Shown one piece after another: positions 36,040 to 44,448 of a DNA stretch of 64,000 bases. The notes under the pieces are model-generated. The model saw only the letters and a program-made list of their open reading frames with translations. It made no database searches and was not told the origin of the DNA. Positions within the stretch are counted from its first letter, which is position 1. Each line of letters opens with the position of its first letter. This DNA comes from Candidatus Pacearchaeota archaeon (lineage in GTDB: Archaea > Nanobdellota > Nanobdellia > Pacearchaeales > JAPDKA01): NCBI GenBank assembly GCA_038840695.1, contig JAWBVE010000005.1, positions 586-64,585 of the forward strand, given 5' to 3'. Made by a program: the position numbers and the translations under genes.

Positions 36040-36723
36040 ATGGCTTTTCTTCACGATTGGCCAAACTTAGTGCTTGCAATTGCGCTTGGCACACTTCTCT
36101 TTGCTCTTTTCGACATTCAAAAATACTTTTATTTTTTAATTCCAGTAGCCGCTTTTGTCCTTGTAAGCTATTTTGCAAAATTTCTTGCTGCAAGGCATTT
36201 TGGCTTTAAAATTAGAACAAGGTTAACTAGCTTGCAACGTTTTTGGTTTAGTGACCAATACAAAAGCCCTTTTCCTATTCCTGTTTGGCTTATCCTTCCC
36301 TTACTTATCGCTTTTCTAAGTTATGGCACAATCAAGCTAATGACTTTTATGGGAACACTTTACAAGCCAGAACCAAAGCGATTATTTAGAAAATTTGAGC
36401 TTGACGAATTTGACATGGCAAAAATTAATATAGCTAGTATTATTGCCTGTGCCTTTCTTGTTTTTCTTTTTCACGCTTTTTCATTGTATGATTTTGCAGC
36501 TGTGGGTGCATGGTTTATTGTAAGTAATTTAATCCCGTTTGGCTCTCTCGACGGAAGTCGGATTTTTTATGCAAGTTGGCTAACTTGGACTTTCCTTTTT
36601 GTTTTTTGCATAATAGCTCTCGCTTTAGTACATTTAACGAATGTAATTATCTCAGTAATTTTAGGTCTTCTCGTTGCGGTAATCGTTTTTGTTTATTTTC
36701 TTTATAAATACTTAGCAACTTAA
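36040..36723 (+). CDS. M50-like polytopic membrane protein lacking the HExxH motif (putative pseudoprotease)
   Basis: 227-aa ORF. It retains the M50 distal motif SNLIPFGSLDGSRIF (NxxPxxxLDG) and the ...AARHFGFK context. Where HExxH is expected it reads SYFAKFLAARHFG. Confidence 0.45.
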   Translation: MAFLHDWPNLVLAIALGTLLFALFDIQKYFYFLIPVAAFVLVSYFAKFLAARHFGFKIRTRLTSLQRFWFSDQYKSPFPIPVWLILPLLIAFLSYGTIKLMTFMGTLYKPEPKRLFRKFELDEFDMAKINIASIIACAFLVFLFHAFSLYDFAAVGAWFIVSNLIPFGSLDGSRIFYASWLTWTFLFVFCIIALALVHLTNVIISVILGLLVAVIVFVYFLYKYLAT

Positions 36724-36764
36724 CATAGTCGAAAAGCATAAGTTGTGATTAGAAAATTCGATAG

Positions 36765-36774
36765 CTTTAAAAAT
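36765..36774 (+). promoter_or_regulatory. TATA-like box upstream of the L1-P0-P1 operon (leader ~45 nt)
   Basis: ctttaaaaat is centred ~73 nt upstream of the L1 ATG (36843), unlike the 22-30 nt spacing at other genes here. Confidence 0.3.
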
Positions 36775-36801
36775 GCAATTCCTTTTATAATCCATTCAAT
36801 C

Positions 36802-36839
36802 ATCCTTAGACTACAGCTTTCTCCTGGCTGTAGGAGGAT
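36802..36839 (+). promoter_or_regulatory. Leader hairpin overlapping the Shine-Dalgarno sequence of the L1 gene
   Basis: Inner stem ctacagc (36811-36817) pairs with gctgtag (36827-36833). Outer stem atcct (36802-36806) pairs with aggat (36835-36839). The SD-like ggagg (36833-36837) lies inside the paired region, 5 nt before the ATG. Confidence 0.35.
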
Positions 36840-36842
36840 AAA

Positions 36843-37532
36843 ATGGCATCCAAAGCAAAAGAACAAGCTCAAGAGCTTCAAGAGATTGAGCCTAGAGAGC
36901 GCGAGCTCGAAATAGGGAGTGCTTTAGCAGAGCTTAAAAAACAAAAAAGAAATTTTGTTCAGACAGTCGAGCTAATCATAAATTTAAAGGATTTTGATTT
37001 TAAGAGAGAAAATATAAATTTTTATGTTGAGTTGCCTCACAAAGTAAAAGAAACAAAGATAGCATTTATTTCTGATAGAGCAATTAAACTTGACACCCAA
37101 GATTGTGATGTGCTTGACTGGAACCAGCTTCAAAACATAAGCCAAAAAGAATTTAAAAAAATTGCAGAGAAGTATAGCTTTTTTATTACTCTTGCCAAAC
37201 TTGTTCCTGAATTGGCTAAGAAATTTGGGAAAGTGCTTGGACCAAGAAAAAAAATGCCTGACCCCAAGCTAGGCACTATTCTTGCCGATTTTGATGCTGA
37301 AAAGATAAAAGAACTAGCCCAGCGCCTTAAAAAAACTCTCAAAGTGGTTAATGACAAAAATTCAATCAAGCTTGCAATAGGCAAAGAAGATATGCCAGTC
37401 AAGCAGCTTGAAGAAAATGCAAGAGCTATAATGAAAGAATTAAGTACAAAACTTATGGGAAAAGCTGGCATAAAAGAAGTGCTGATTAAACTTACGATGT
37501 CGAGGCCTTTAAGAATAAAAATTGAAAAATAA
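36843..37532 (+). CDS. rpl1: 50S ribosomal protein L1
   Basis: 229-aa ORF. ...FVQTVELIINLKDFDFKR...VELPH...GKVLGPRKKMPDP is typical L1. It is the first gene of an L1-P0-P1 cluster. Confidence 0.9.
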   Translation: MASKAKEQAQELQEIEPRERELEIGSALAELKKQKRNFVQTVELIINLKDFDFKRENINFYVELPHKVKETKIAFISDRAIKLDTQDCDVLDWNQLQNISQKEFKKIAEKYSFFITLAKLVPELAKKFGKVLGPRKKMPDPKLGTILADFDAEKIKELAQRLKKTLKVVNDKNSIKLAIGKEDMPVKQLEENARAIMKELSTKLMGKAGIKEVLIKLTMSRPLRIKIEK

Positions 37533-37543
37533 AAATTGAAAAA

Positions 37544-38443
37544 ATGGAGGAAAAAATAAAGGAAAAAACAAAAGAAAGAAAGAAGAAAAAGGAAGAGAGA
37601 GAAAGCGAGAAAGAAGAAAAATCAAAGAAAAAGGCAAGAGAAAGAATAGCACTTAAAGAGAAAGAAGTAGAGAAGCTTATTAAAAAATGTGAGGCTTACT
37701 CCAATCTTGTCATGTCAAATATTGAGAGAATACCAGCAAATCAATTCAAACAACTTAGAAAAAAGCTTAGTAGAGAGGCAGAAAAAGTGGAAATAAAAGT
37801 AATTAAGCGAAGTCTTGCTGAGAGATTGCTTGAAAAACTTAAGATAAGTACTGAAGGGCTTGATAAAATCTTAAGTAAGCCTCTCTGCATCTTACTTACT
37901 AATAAAGATCCCTTTTCTCTCGCATCATTACTTGAGGATAGCAAGGAGGAAGCATTCTTAAAGCCAGGGCAGAGTCCAGAGAAAGATTTAATAATAGAGC
38001 CAAAAAGCACAGATCTTCCTGCAACTGCTGTAGTTGAACTAAGCAAGGCAGGCCTCAAAGTTTCTGTTGAGAAAGGCAAAGTTGTTATAAAGGAAAAAAA
38101 AGTGATTAAGGCTGGAGAGAAAATTGATGAAGATCTTGCCCTTGCTTTGCAAAAACTTAATATAAAGCCATTAAGAATAGGCCTAAATGTTGATTTAGCT
38201 ATTGATTTAAAAAGTAAAAAAATTTACAAGAATATAGTAATAAATAAAGCTGAAGAACTTGAAAAGTTGAAAAGTGCTGCAAACAATGCCTTAAATCTTG
38301 CTCTTGGCATAGCTTATCCGTGTGAGCAGACAATAAGCTATCTAATAAGAAAAGCATTTTTAAGTGCTCAGAGCCTAAAAGGGCTTGAAAAAAATAAATC
38401 AGAGCAAGTGCAAGAGCAAGTACAAAGTGAAGCAAATAAATAA
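37544..38443 (+). CDS. rplP0: 50S ribosomal protein L10 / acidic ribosomal protein P0, with K/E-rich N-terminal extension
   Basis: 299-aa ORF between L1 and P1. ...IERIPANQFKQLRKKLS...VIKRSL... is the P0 N-terminal domain. The first ~35 residues are K/E low complexity. Confidence 0.8.
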   Translation: MEEKIKEKTKERKKKKEERESEKEEKSKKKARERIALKEKEVEKLIKKCEAYSNLVMSNIERIPANQFKQLRKKLSREAEKVEIKVIKRSLAERLLEKLKISTEGLDKILSKPLCILLTNKDPFSLASLLEDSKEEAFLKPGQSPEKDLIIEPKSTDLPATAVVELSKAGLKVSVEKGKVVIKEKKVIKAGEKIDEDLALALQKLNIKPLRIGLNVDLAIDLKSKKIYKNIVINKAEELEKLKSAANNALNLALGIAYPCEQTISYLIRKAFLSAQSLKGLEKNKSEQVQEQVQSEANK

Positions 38444-38606
38444 ACAGTCAAAAGAAATCAGACAAAATCAAAACTAAATCAATAATAAAAAATAATAATA
38501 AACAAAAAATAATAAAAAAAATATAAAACAAAATAAAAAACAAAAAAACAAAAAGAAAAAGCAAAACAAAAAAATAAAAAAATAAAAAATAAGCAAAAAA
38601 GCAAAA
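38444..38606 (+). repeat. A-rich sense-strand spacer between P0 and P1 genes
   Basis: 163 nt dominated by A with scattered C/G/T (aaaaataataataaacaaaaaataataaaaaaaatataaaac...). Confidence 0.85.
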
Positions 38607-38894
38607 ATGAAATACATATATGGAGCATTGATGCTTCATGAAAGTGGGAAGGAAATAAATGAAGAAAATTTGAAAAAGTTAGTAAGTGCTATAGGCGATA
38701 TTGATGAAGCAAGTGAAGCTAGGATAAGAGTGGTCGTTGAAAGCTTGAAAGGAGTTAACATTGAGGAAGTGATAAAAGCTGCAGCAGCTATGCCTCAAGC
38801 CGTAGCTCCTGCCGCTGAAGCTAAGAAGGAAGAAAAGAAAGAGGAAAAGAAGGAAGAGATGGCAGCAGAAGGCCTAGCAGCCCTTTTTGGTTGA
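38607..38894 (+). CDS. rpl12: 50S ribosomal protein L12 / P1 stalk protein
   Basis: 95-aa [29 protein letters not shown]... with an Ala/Pro hinge and a conserved acidic tail [21 protein letters not shown]. Confidence 0.92.
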   Translation: MKYIYGALMLHESGKEINEENLKKLVSAIGDIDEASEARIRVVVESLKGVNIEEVIKAAAAMPQAVAPAAEAKKEEKKEEKKEEMAAEGLAALFG

Positions 38895-39498
38895 GCTCTC
38901 GATGCCTTAACTTTAGCAACCAGAGAAAATCAGCTACTACCGGAATTTCGCTTATCTTAAAGATTTTTATGGAGAAGAGCCATATTAAAAAAACAAAAAC
39001 CGTTGAGCCAACATACCAAAATATTCTATGATAGAGCTCAATATTATAGCCAGCAAATTTTAATCCTATCAACAAAGCAAGGCGTAAAAAGTTAAAGGTA
39101 AAAAAAGCGGAGAAAGTAAAAATCAAAATCAAAAGTCTTTTTTTTATTTCTAAGCGTGGGGTCAGTAAATTAAGTAAAAAAAGCAAATAATATGCACTGC
39201 CACCAATGCATGCAGGAATTATTGCTATGGCCGTTTCCTTATATATTATAATTTCTTTATAAACCATAACAAAGTCAAAAAAAATTTTCAGAAATTTTTC
39301 AAGGAGAAATAAAGTTGGAGGTGTAAAAATAGAATAAAAGACCCAAATAAAAAAACCGACAATGATGGCTATAACATAGCGTGAGCAAAGCAAAATAAAC
39401 TGCTTTTCAATTGACCATTGCTTTTGCCACTTTTGCTGCTTTTGCTCTTTTTTCATTTTTCTTTTTATCTTGCAAATCTTTATTAACCTTTTGAGCAT
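38821..39498 (-). CDS. Small exosortase/archaeosortase-family-like membrane protein
   Basis: 225-aa polytopic ORF. Ordered motifs [14 protein letters not shown] (Cys), [12 protein letters not shown] (Arg) and [13 protein letters not shown] (His) match the Cys-Arg-His arrangement of the exosortase/archaeosortase domain. The 3' 74 nt overlap the L12 gene convergently. Confidence 0.45.
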   Translation of the reverse strand: MLKRLIKICKIKRKMKKEQKQQKWQKQWSIEKQFILLCSRYVIAIIVGFFIWVFYSIFTPPTLFLLEKFLKIFFDFVMVYKEIIIYKETAIAIIPACIGGSAYYLLFLLNLLTPRLEIKKRLLILIFTFSAFFTFNFLRLALLIGLKFAGYNIELYHRIFWYVGSTVFVFLIWLFSIKIFKISEIPVVADFLWLLKLRHRELNQKGLLGLLLPSLPSFPLSFLPS

Positions 39499-39507
39499 AT
39501 TTAATTT

Positions 39508-40863
39508 ATGGGATTTAAGGAAGGACTAAGAGCGCTATTTAATAGAATTAGGAATGCTATAATGCTTAATAAGGCTGAGCTAGATGCAATTATAAAAGAT
39601 TTTGAAAAGACGCTTATTGAGAGTGATGTTGATGTTGAGCTTGTTCTCGAGCTTGAGAAAAAGATAAAGGCTAATGTGATGAAAGAAAATTTAAAGGCTA
39701 TAGAGAAAAAAGATCTTTTAACAAAGCTTATTTATGAGGAGCTTATTAATATTCTCGGCGAAAAAGCGCATGAGCTTAAGCTAAACAAAGGCAAAATATT
39801 GCTTATAGGCCTTTATGGAAGTGGTAAGACAACCACAGCAGTTAAGCTTGCAAATTATTATGCAAAAAGAGGCTTAAGAACAGCAGTCATTAGTCTTGAT
39901 GTTCATAGACCAGCTGCCCAAGAGCAACTTGAGCAATTTGCTGCTAAGGCGGGAATAAAAGCTTTTGTAAACAAAGAGGAGAGAGATCCACTTAAAATAT
40001 GGAAAGACTTTGAGCCTAAGTTAAAAAAATTTGATTTAGTATTTATTGATTCAGCAGGCAGAGATGCACTTAATGATGAACTTATCAAGGAGATAAAAGC
40101 TATTTACGAGCTAATAAAGCCAGAGCATACATTGCTTGTCATTCCAGCTGATATTGGTCAGGCAGCAAAAAAACAGGCAACTTTTTTTGCAAAGGCTATT
40201 CCAATAGAAGGCATAATCCTAACAAGAATGGATGGTACTGCTAAGGCAGGAGGTGCTCTTGCAAGTTGTAAAGAGGCTGGAGCAAAAGTTTATTTTATTG
40301 GTGTTGGCGAGAAAGTTAATGACATTGAGCACTTTGATCCTGCCCAATATGTCTCACGACTTCTTGGCTTAGGCGATTTAAAAAGTTTACTTGAGAAAAT
40401 ACAGCTTAGTCTTGGTGAGGAGGAAAAAAAGACTGTTGAGGCAGTTAAAGAAGGCAAGTTTAGCATGAGCGAATTCTATGAGCAAATAAGCGCAATGCAG
40501 AAGCTTGGACCATTAAGCAAGATAATGGAATTTATTCCAGGCCTTTCTGGAATGAAAATTCCTCAAGGCTTAATAGATGTGCAGGAAAAAAAACTAAAAC
40601 ATTGGAAGGCTGCAATCGATAGCATGACAAAGGCTGAGCGCGAGAGGCCAGAGATTATTGATAGCTCAAGGTTAAACAGAATATCAAGAGGCAGTCATGT
40701 TCCGATAAGCGAAATTAAAGACTTGCTAAAGCAATATAAGCTTGTGAAGGAATTTGTTGTTGGAGTTGGTGGGGGAAGCGGTTTGAGCAAAGAGTTAATT
40801 CAAGCTATGGATGAGAAAAAGCTTGCGAAGCTTGCAAAACGCTTCGGAATGAGGCTTAGATAA
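39508..40863 (+). CDS. srp54: Signal recognition particle protein SRP54
   Basis: 451-aa ORF. N domain, then G domain motifs GLYGSGKTTT, DSAGR and TRMDGTAKAGGAL, followed by a Met-rich M domain. Confidence 0.93.
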   Translation: MGFKEGLRALFNRIRNAIMLNKAELDAIIKDFEKTLIESDVDVELVLELEKKIKANVMKENLKAIEKKDLLTKLIYEELINILGEKAHELKLNKGKILLIGLYGSGKTTTAVKLANYYAKRGLRTAVISLDVHRPAAQEQLEQFAAKAGIKAFVNKEERDPLKIWKDFEPKLKKFDLVFIDSAGRDALNDELIKEIKAIYELIKPEHTLLVIPADIGQAAKKQATFFAKAIPIEGIILTRMDGTAKAGGALASCKEAGAKVYFIGVGEKVNDIEHFDPAQYVSRLLGLGDLKSLLEKIQLSLGEEEKKTVEAVKEGKFSMSEFYEQISAMQKLGPLSKIMEFIPGLSGMKIPQGLIDVQEKKLKHWKAAIDSMTKAERERPEIIDSSRLNRISRGSHVPISEIKDLLKQYKLVKEFVVGVGGGSGLSKELIQAMDEKKLAKLAKRFGMRLR

Positions 40864-40975
40864 TGCTAGCATAAGCATTAACTGTAGAACTGTAGCATTG
40901 TAACTGCCATTGTAACCATTGTAACCTCCGGCTTGTGAGAACAAAAATTTAAATAAAAAAAGAAAAAACTAATGT

Positions 40976-41122
40976 ATGGCAGACAAAAATTGTCCTAAAT
41001 GTAAGGGAAGAGGAATAGTTAAAGAAAGTGATGGCACTGTTCATACTTGTTGGGATTGCCTGGAGAAGGGCGAACTAGATCAGCATTCAAAAGAAATTAA
41101 GGAAACCAAGATAATTATCTAA
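40976..41122 (+). CDS. Small zinc-ribbon protein (48 aa)
   Basis: Not in ORF track. MADKNCPKCKGRGIVKESDGTVHTCWDCLEKGELDQHSKEIKETKIII has CxxCxGxG (DnaJ-type zinc-finger spacing) plus a second CxxC. Coding status is inferred from the Cys pattern only. Confidence 0.35.
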   Translation: MADKNCPKCKGRGIVKESDGTVHTCWDCLEKGELDQHSKEIKETKIII

Positions 41123-41236
41123 ATTTGATCTCTCTAATCTTCCTTGCCCTCTTTGTTTTTGAATAGTAACATATAAATAGCCTGAATTCTTTGTAAAAAA
41201 ATTGCAAAAAATCAAAAAATTGTAAAAAGATAAAAA

Positions 41237-41311
41237 GGTCCCGTAGCTCAGCCAGGTTAGAGCACCGGACTCTTAATCCGGGTGTCGCGGGTTCAAATCC
41301 CGTCGGGACCG
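41237..41311 (+). tRNA. tRNA-Lys (anticodon CTT)
   Basis: GGTCCCGTAGCTCAGCCAGGTTAGAGCACCGGACTCTTAATCCGGGTGTCGCGGGTTCAAATCCCGTCGGGACCG. Acceptor stem GGTCCCG/CGGGACC, D arm GCTC/GAGC, anticodon stem CCGGA/TCCGG with loop CTCTTAA, and T-loop TTCAAAT. Confidence 0.92.
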
Positions 41312-41334
41312 CTATCACTCATTATCATTCATCT

Positions 41335-41898
41335 TTATCGCTGTGTTTTATTCTTTTTTATTCGCTTTATTTTACTTATGAGATCAAGACATTTATTTAT
41401 CATTTCTTTTTTGCTTAGCTTGGTTGTATCTATGATAATATCAAAATTCTTTATTGCATATACATCAGAAATACCATAATAGCGCTTGTATCTTAACTTA
41501 TCGCTTGCCATTCTTTTCCTTATTTCTCGCTTTACTTCGTTAATATTTTTGTAGCTCTCTTCACTCTTTCTTTTTGCCTTTAAAATTCGCCTTGCTGCAA
41601 CATCTAAGCTGCAAGTTAAAAAAATTTTTATGCTCTTCGGAAAAAGCCACCACCCAAGCCTTGCATCAAGTACAAAATCTTTTTTTAAGAGCCTTGCAAT
41701 TAGCTCATCAACAAGCCTATCAGTAACAGCAAACTTCTCGCCTATTTTATTCAACTGATCTATGGTTAGCCCAAATGCACTTGCTATAGCTCTTCTTATG
41801 TTCCCGCTAGAAAAATAGCTTAGTCCTAGCTTCTTTGCAAGCCCCCTTGCCAGTGTCGACTTTCCACTCCCAGGAATTCCGCTAATTGTGATTTCCAT
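41335..41898 (-). CDS. cmk: Cytidylate kinase (archaeal type)
   Basis: 187-aa ORF. P-loop ITISGIPGSGKSTLARGLAKKLGL with ...DARLGWW..., ...VAARRI... and ...RYKRYYGI...D motifs follows the archaeal CMP kinase family layout. Adjacent to tmk. Confidence 0.65.
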   Translation of the reverse strand: MEITISGIPGSGKSTLARGLAKKLGLSYFSSGNIRRAIASAFGLTIDQLNKIGEKFAVTDRLVDELIARLLKKDFVLDARLGWWLFPKSIKIFLTCSLDVAARRILKAKRKSEESYKNINEVKREIRKRMASDKLRYKRYYGISDVYAIKNFDIIIDTTKLSKKEMINKCLDLISKIKRIKKNKTQR

Positions 41899-41901
41899 TT
41901 T

Positions 41902-42654
41902 TTAACTTCTTTGCCTATTTCTTTGTTTAAATCTTTCTAAAGCATCGTCGATAATCTTCTTAACATCAGAAAAAACTTTTTTGAGTGGCTGATTGGCATC
42001 AATCAAAAAAATATTCTCATCAAATTGTCTAGCTTTTTTAAAAAAAGTCAAATATTTTTTTCTAACTTTAACTAAAAAATTTTCTCTTTCGAAAATTGCT
42101 TTTTTCAGGCCTCGTTTAGCTGTCCTTTCTATTCCTATTTTTGGATCCACATCCAAAATAAAGGCAATATTTGGCTTAACAAAACGATATTTTTCTAGAT
42201 AATTTTTCCACTCATTTTCATTTAATTGATAAGCCAAAGTGCTATAGTAATATCTATCGACTAAAACAATAAAGCCTTCTTCAAGCTTTGGCAAAATAAT
42301 ACTTTTTGTGTGCTCTAACCTATCTTGTGTAAAGAGTGTGAGCCAAAATTGTCGAGAAAATTTTTCTGAGCCCTTTTTCCTTACAAGTTCTTTTATCTTT
42401 TTTCCTGTAGTTGTTTCGCTTGGCTCGTGGGTTAGTAAAACTTTATAATTTTGCTTTTTTAAATAATCTCTTATTAGTTTTGCGATGCTACTCTTGCCAC
42501 ATCCATCTATTCCATCAAACGCTATCAACAATCCCAACAGTCCCTTTCCATCCTCTTTCCTGCCTCCTTCTCCGTCTCCTTTTCCATTCCCATCTCCTTT
42601 TCCATCCCCTTTTCCTTTTTCTCTTTTTATCCTCTTCTCGTTTATTTTTTCCAT
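41902..42654 (-). CDS. tmk: Thymidylate kinase with G/K/D-rich N-terminal extension
   Basis: 250-aa ORF. P-loop IAFDGIDGCGKSS, ...THEPS...G, and DRYYYSTLAYQ (DR(Y/F) motif). The N-terminal ~40 aa is a repeat, KGKGDGKGDGNGKGDGEGG. Confidence 0.8.
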   Translation of the reverse strand: MEKINEKRIKREKGKGDGKGDGNGKGDGEGGRKEDGKGLLGLLIAFDGIDGCGKSSIAKLIRDYLKKQNYKVLLTHEPSETTTGKKIKELVRKKGSEKFSRQFWLTLFTQDRLEHTKSIILPKLEEGFIVLVDRYYYSTLAYQLNENEWKNYLEKYRFVKPNIAFILDVDPKIGIERTAKRGLKKAIFERENFLVKVRKKYLTFFKKARQFDENIFLIDANQPLKKVFSDVKKIIDDALERFKQRNRQRS

Positions 42655-42686
42655 TAACTTTTTATTTTTATTAGTATTAAAATCTT

Positions 42687-43505
42687 ATGAAAGAGAAGAA
42701 AAAAAGTGGGAAAAAAAGTGCAAAAGCAAAAAAGCTATTTGTCATAATAAGTAAAAAAAAGCAAATAAGAGGCAAAGCGCGAAACTGGAAAGTTCTTTAC
42801 TGCTATGAAATAGACTTAAAGGATGCAGAAAAAATTGACATTAAGAAATTAGTAGCTAAAATTCAAGCAGAGAAAAAGGCAAGCACCTTATTTATTAATT
42901 TTCCAAACAATCTTAAATTTGCAGAGAACTTTCTTTACAAACTATTTCAGCTAAAACAAGAAAAAAATTTTTTGATTGCTGTTAAGGGAATAGGTTATGA
43001 TGCTGACAAGGAATTGTTAAAATTAAAAAGAAGAGGAATTCCGATAGTTGACATCTTTTTTCCAAGGTTTGAATCTGGAAAAATGCATTGGGCAGGAGGA
43101 GGCTTAAATCATGTGTTACTCAATCTAATGAAGAAAAATATAATAGCTCTAGGCATTAATCTTGATGAGCTTCTCGAGAGAATAGCTGTGCATGATTATG
43201 GCTACTTTAGTAAGCTTTTGCAAAATATTGCATGGGCAAGAAAACGAGGCGTTAATCTCTGCCTCTTTAGCTCTGAACTTTTTGATCCTCTTGATTGCTT
43301 TCACTTTTTACTTTGCTTTTGCTCAACTCAGCAAGCCTTAAGTGCATTAAACTATGCTCAGTTCAAGCTCAAATTCAATAAAGAGATTTTCGAGCATAAA
43401 GCCGGAGAAGTTTATGTTTATAAAAGCAAGGAAAAAATAAAACTTGTTGAGCTACTTAATGCTCTTTCCTCTCTATCCTACTCAAAAAAGCCTATTGAGG
43501 CATAG
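42687..43505 (+). CDS. Putative RNase P protein component 3 (Rpp30-like TIM-barrel)
   Basis: 272-aa ORF. GGLNHVLLNLMKKNIIALGINLDELLE ... NIAWARKRGVNLCLFSSELFDPLD resembles the Rpp30 C-terminal pattern (..hvl..la.kn.va.Ei.l..ll ... a.k.gv.i.isS.A....lR.P.d). Pattern-level call. Confidence 0.4.
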   Translation: MKEKKKSGKKSAKAKKLFVIISKKKQIRGKARNWKVLYCYEIDLKDAEKIDIKKLVAKIQAEKKASTLFINFPNNLKFAENFLYKLFQLKQEKNFLIAVKGIGYDADKELLKLKRRGIPIVDIFFPRFESGKMHWAGGGLNHVLLNLMKKNIIALGINLDELLERIAVHDYGYFSKLLQNIAWARKRGVNLCLFSSELFDPLDCFHFLLCFCSTQQALSALNYAQFKLKFNKEIFEHKAGEVYVYKSKEKIKLVELLNALSSLSYSKKPIEA

Positions 43506-44392
43506 CTAACGATTCCATCTGCTATATAGTCAACATCCTTTGTTATATCTGAGCTTGTGTAATAATCAAGAAGTTTTGGTTTTAAGTTAAGCTCCCTTGC
43601 AATTAAAATTGCAAATTTTATTACACTTGTTCCACAAATGGTTGTTTTTAGTGCTTCTCTTTCAAAGCTTTCATAATCAAGGGCCAATATTGCATCAATA
43701 GCTGCTCTATCGAGCTCATATATTTTTTGTTTTAACTCTTTCTTTTTCGCTTCAAATGGAACAAAGCCATAAGCAATGCCATAATGAGTAAAGTCACTTG
43801 AAAAAATAAGTTTATCTTGAGGCTTAATAAGCTCTGCAATCTTGCTTGCAAGATAGCCAAGCTCCTCTCTTTCATCTGTATTGACAAGGATTGGAACAAC
43901 TTTTACTGCTTTTTCTTGACTCTCTTTGCCTTCTTTGCCTTTACCTTTGCTTTGCATTTTTAAATATTGCAAAAAAGGAAGTTGAACTTCTATGCTATGC
44001 TCTCTCGCAATTTCATCATTTTTTTCAATTTTGTCTGTAAGCTTGGATTGAAGCTCTGAAATAAATGCTTGGTCAATCTCAACAATACCAAGAGGACTTT
44101 TTATTTTATCAGCTTTTGGTACGATGAAAGGCTTTATACCAATACCTTGATGATTTGTGCCAGCAATTATGACTCTTTCAAAGCCATTCAAGCTTTTATA
44201 AGCAGTTGCCATGGCTTTTCCAGAAAAGGCATAGCCTGCATGCGGAGCTATGATAGCTTTTGCCTTTGTTTCTTTTTCTGTCCTCTTTTCTGTCCCTTTT
44301 TCTTTTTTCCTACTCATTAAAGAGCTCAATTGCTTAAGCAAAGCCTCTTTACTTGCTGGGTAAAAACTTCCTGCATATCTTGCAATGAGCAT
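43478..44392 (-). CDS. MEMO1-family protein (AmmeMemoRadiSam system protein B-like)
   Basis: 304-aa ORF. YAGSFYPASKEAL...AIIAPHAGYAFSGKAMATAY...GTNH... are hallmark Memo-family motifs. It contains a K/E/G-rich insertion (QSKGKGKEGKESQEK). Confidence 0.8.
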   Translation of the reverse strand: MLIARYAGSFYPASKEALLKQLSSLMSRKKEKGTEKRTEKETKAKAIIAPHAGYAFSGKAMATAYKSLNGFERVIIAGTNHQGIGIKPFIVPKADKIKSPLGIVEIDQAFISELQSKLTDKIEKNDEIAREHSIEVQLPFLQYLKMQSKGKGKEGKESQEKAVKVVPILVNTDEREELGYLASKIAELIKPQDKLIFSSDFTHYGIAYGFVPFEAKKKELKQKIYELDRAAIDAILALDYESFEREALKTTICGTSVIKFAILIARELNLKPKLLDYYTSSDITKDVDYIADGIVSYASIGFFE

Positions 44393-44409
44393 AATGTTAA
44401 AATATAGCC

Positions 44410-44448
44410 AAAGCTTTTAAATTTTAGGTTAAAGCTTTTAAATTTTAG
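44410..44448. promoter_or_regulatory. Duplicated 18-nt TATA-like element in the memo/mre11 divergent spacer (candidate bidirectional promoter pair)
   Basis: aaagcttttaaattttag at 44410-44427 and 44431-44448. The copy centres lie ~28 nt from the memo ATG (44392, minus) and ~22 nt from the mre11 ATG (44463, plus). Confidence 0.4.

Noticed and set aside
41115-41479. Track ORFs overlapping tRNA genes: 41115..41318 and 41282..41479 over tRNA-Lys, and 56209..56442 and 56246..56524 over tRNA-Ser.
   Set aside because: They overlap hand-folded canonical tRNAs and their products have no motif support.
43478-44392. Whether the Memo-like gene forms a complete AmmeMemoRadiSam three-gene system in the window.
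   Set aside because: No AMMECR1-like gene or dedicated radical-SAM activase is adjacent. The only radical-SAM enzyme in the window (1664..3037) is a MiaB-type methylthiotransferase 40 kb away.
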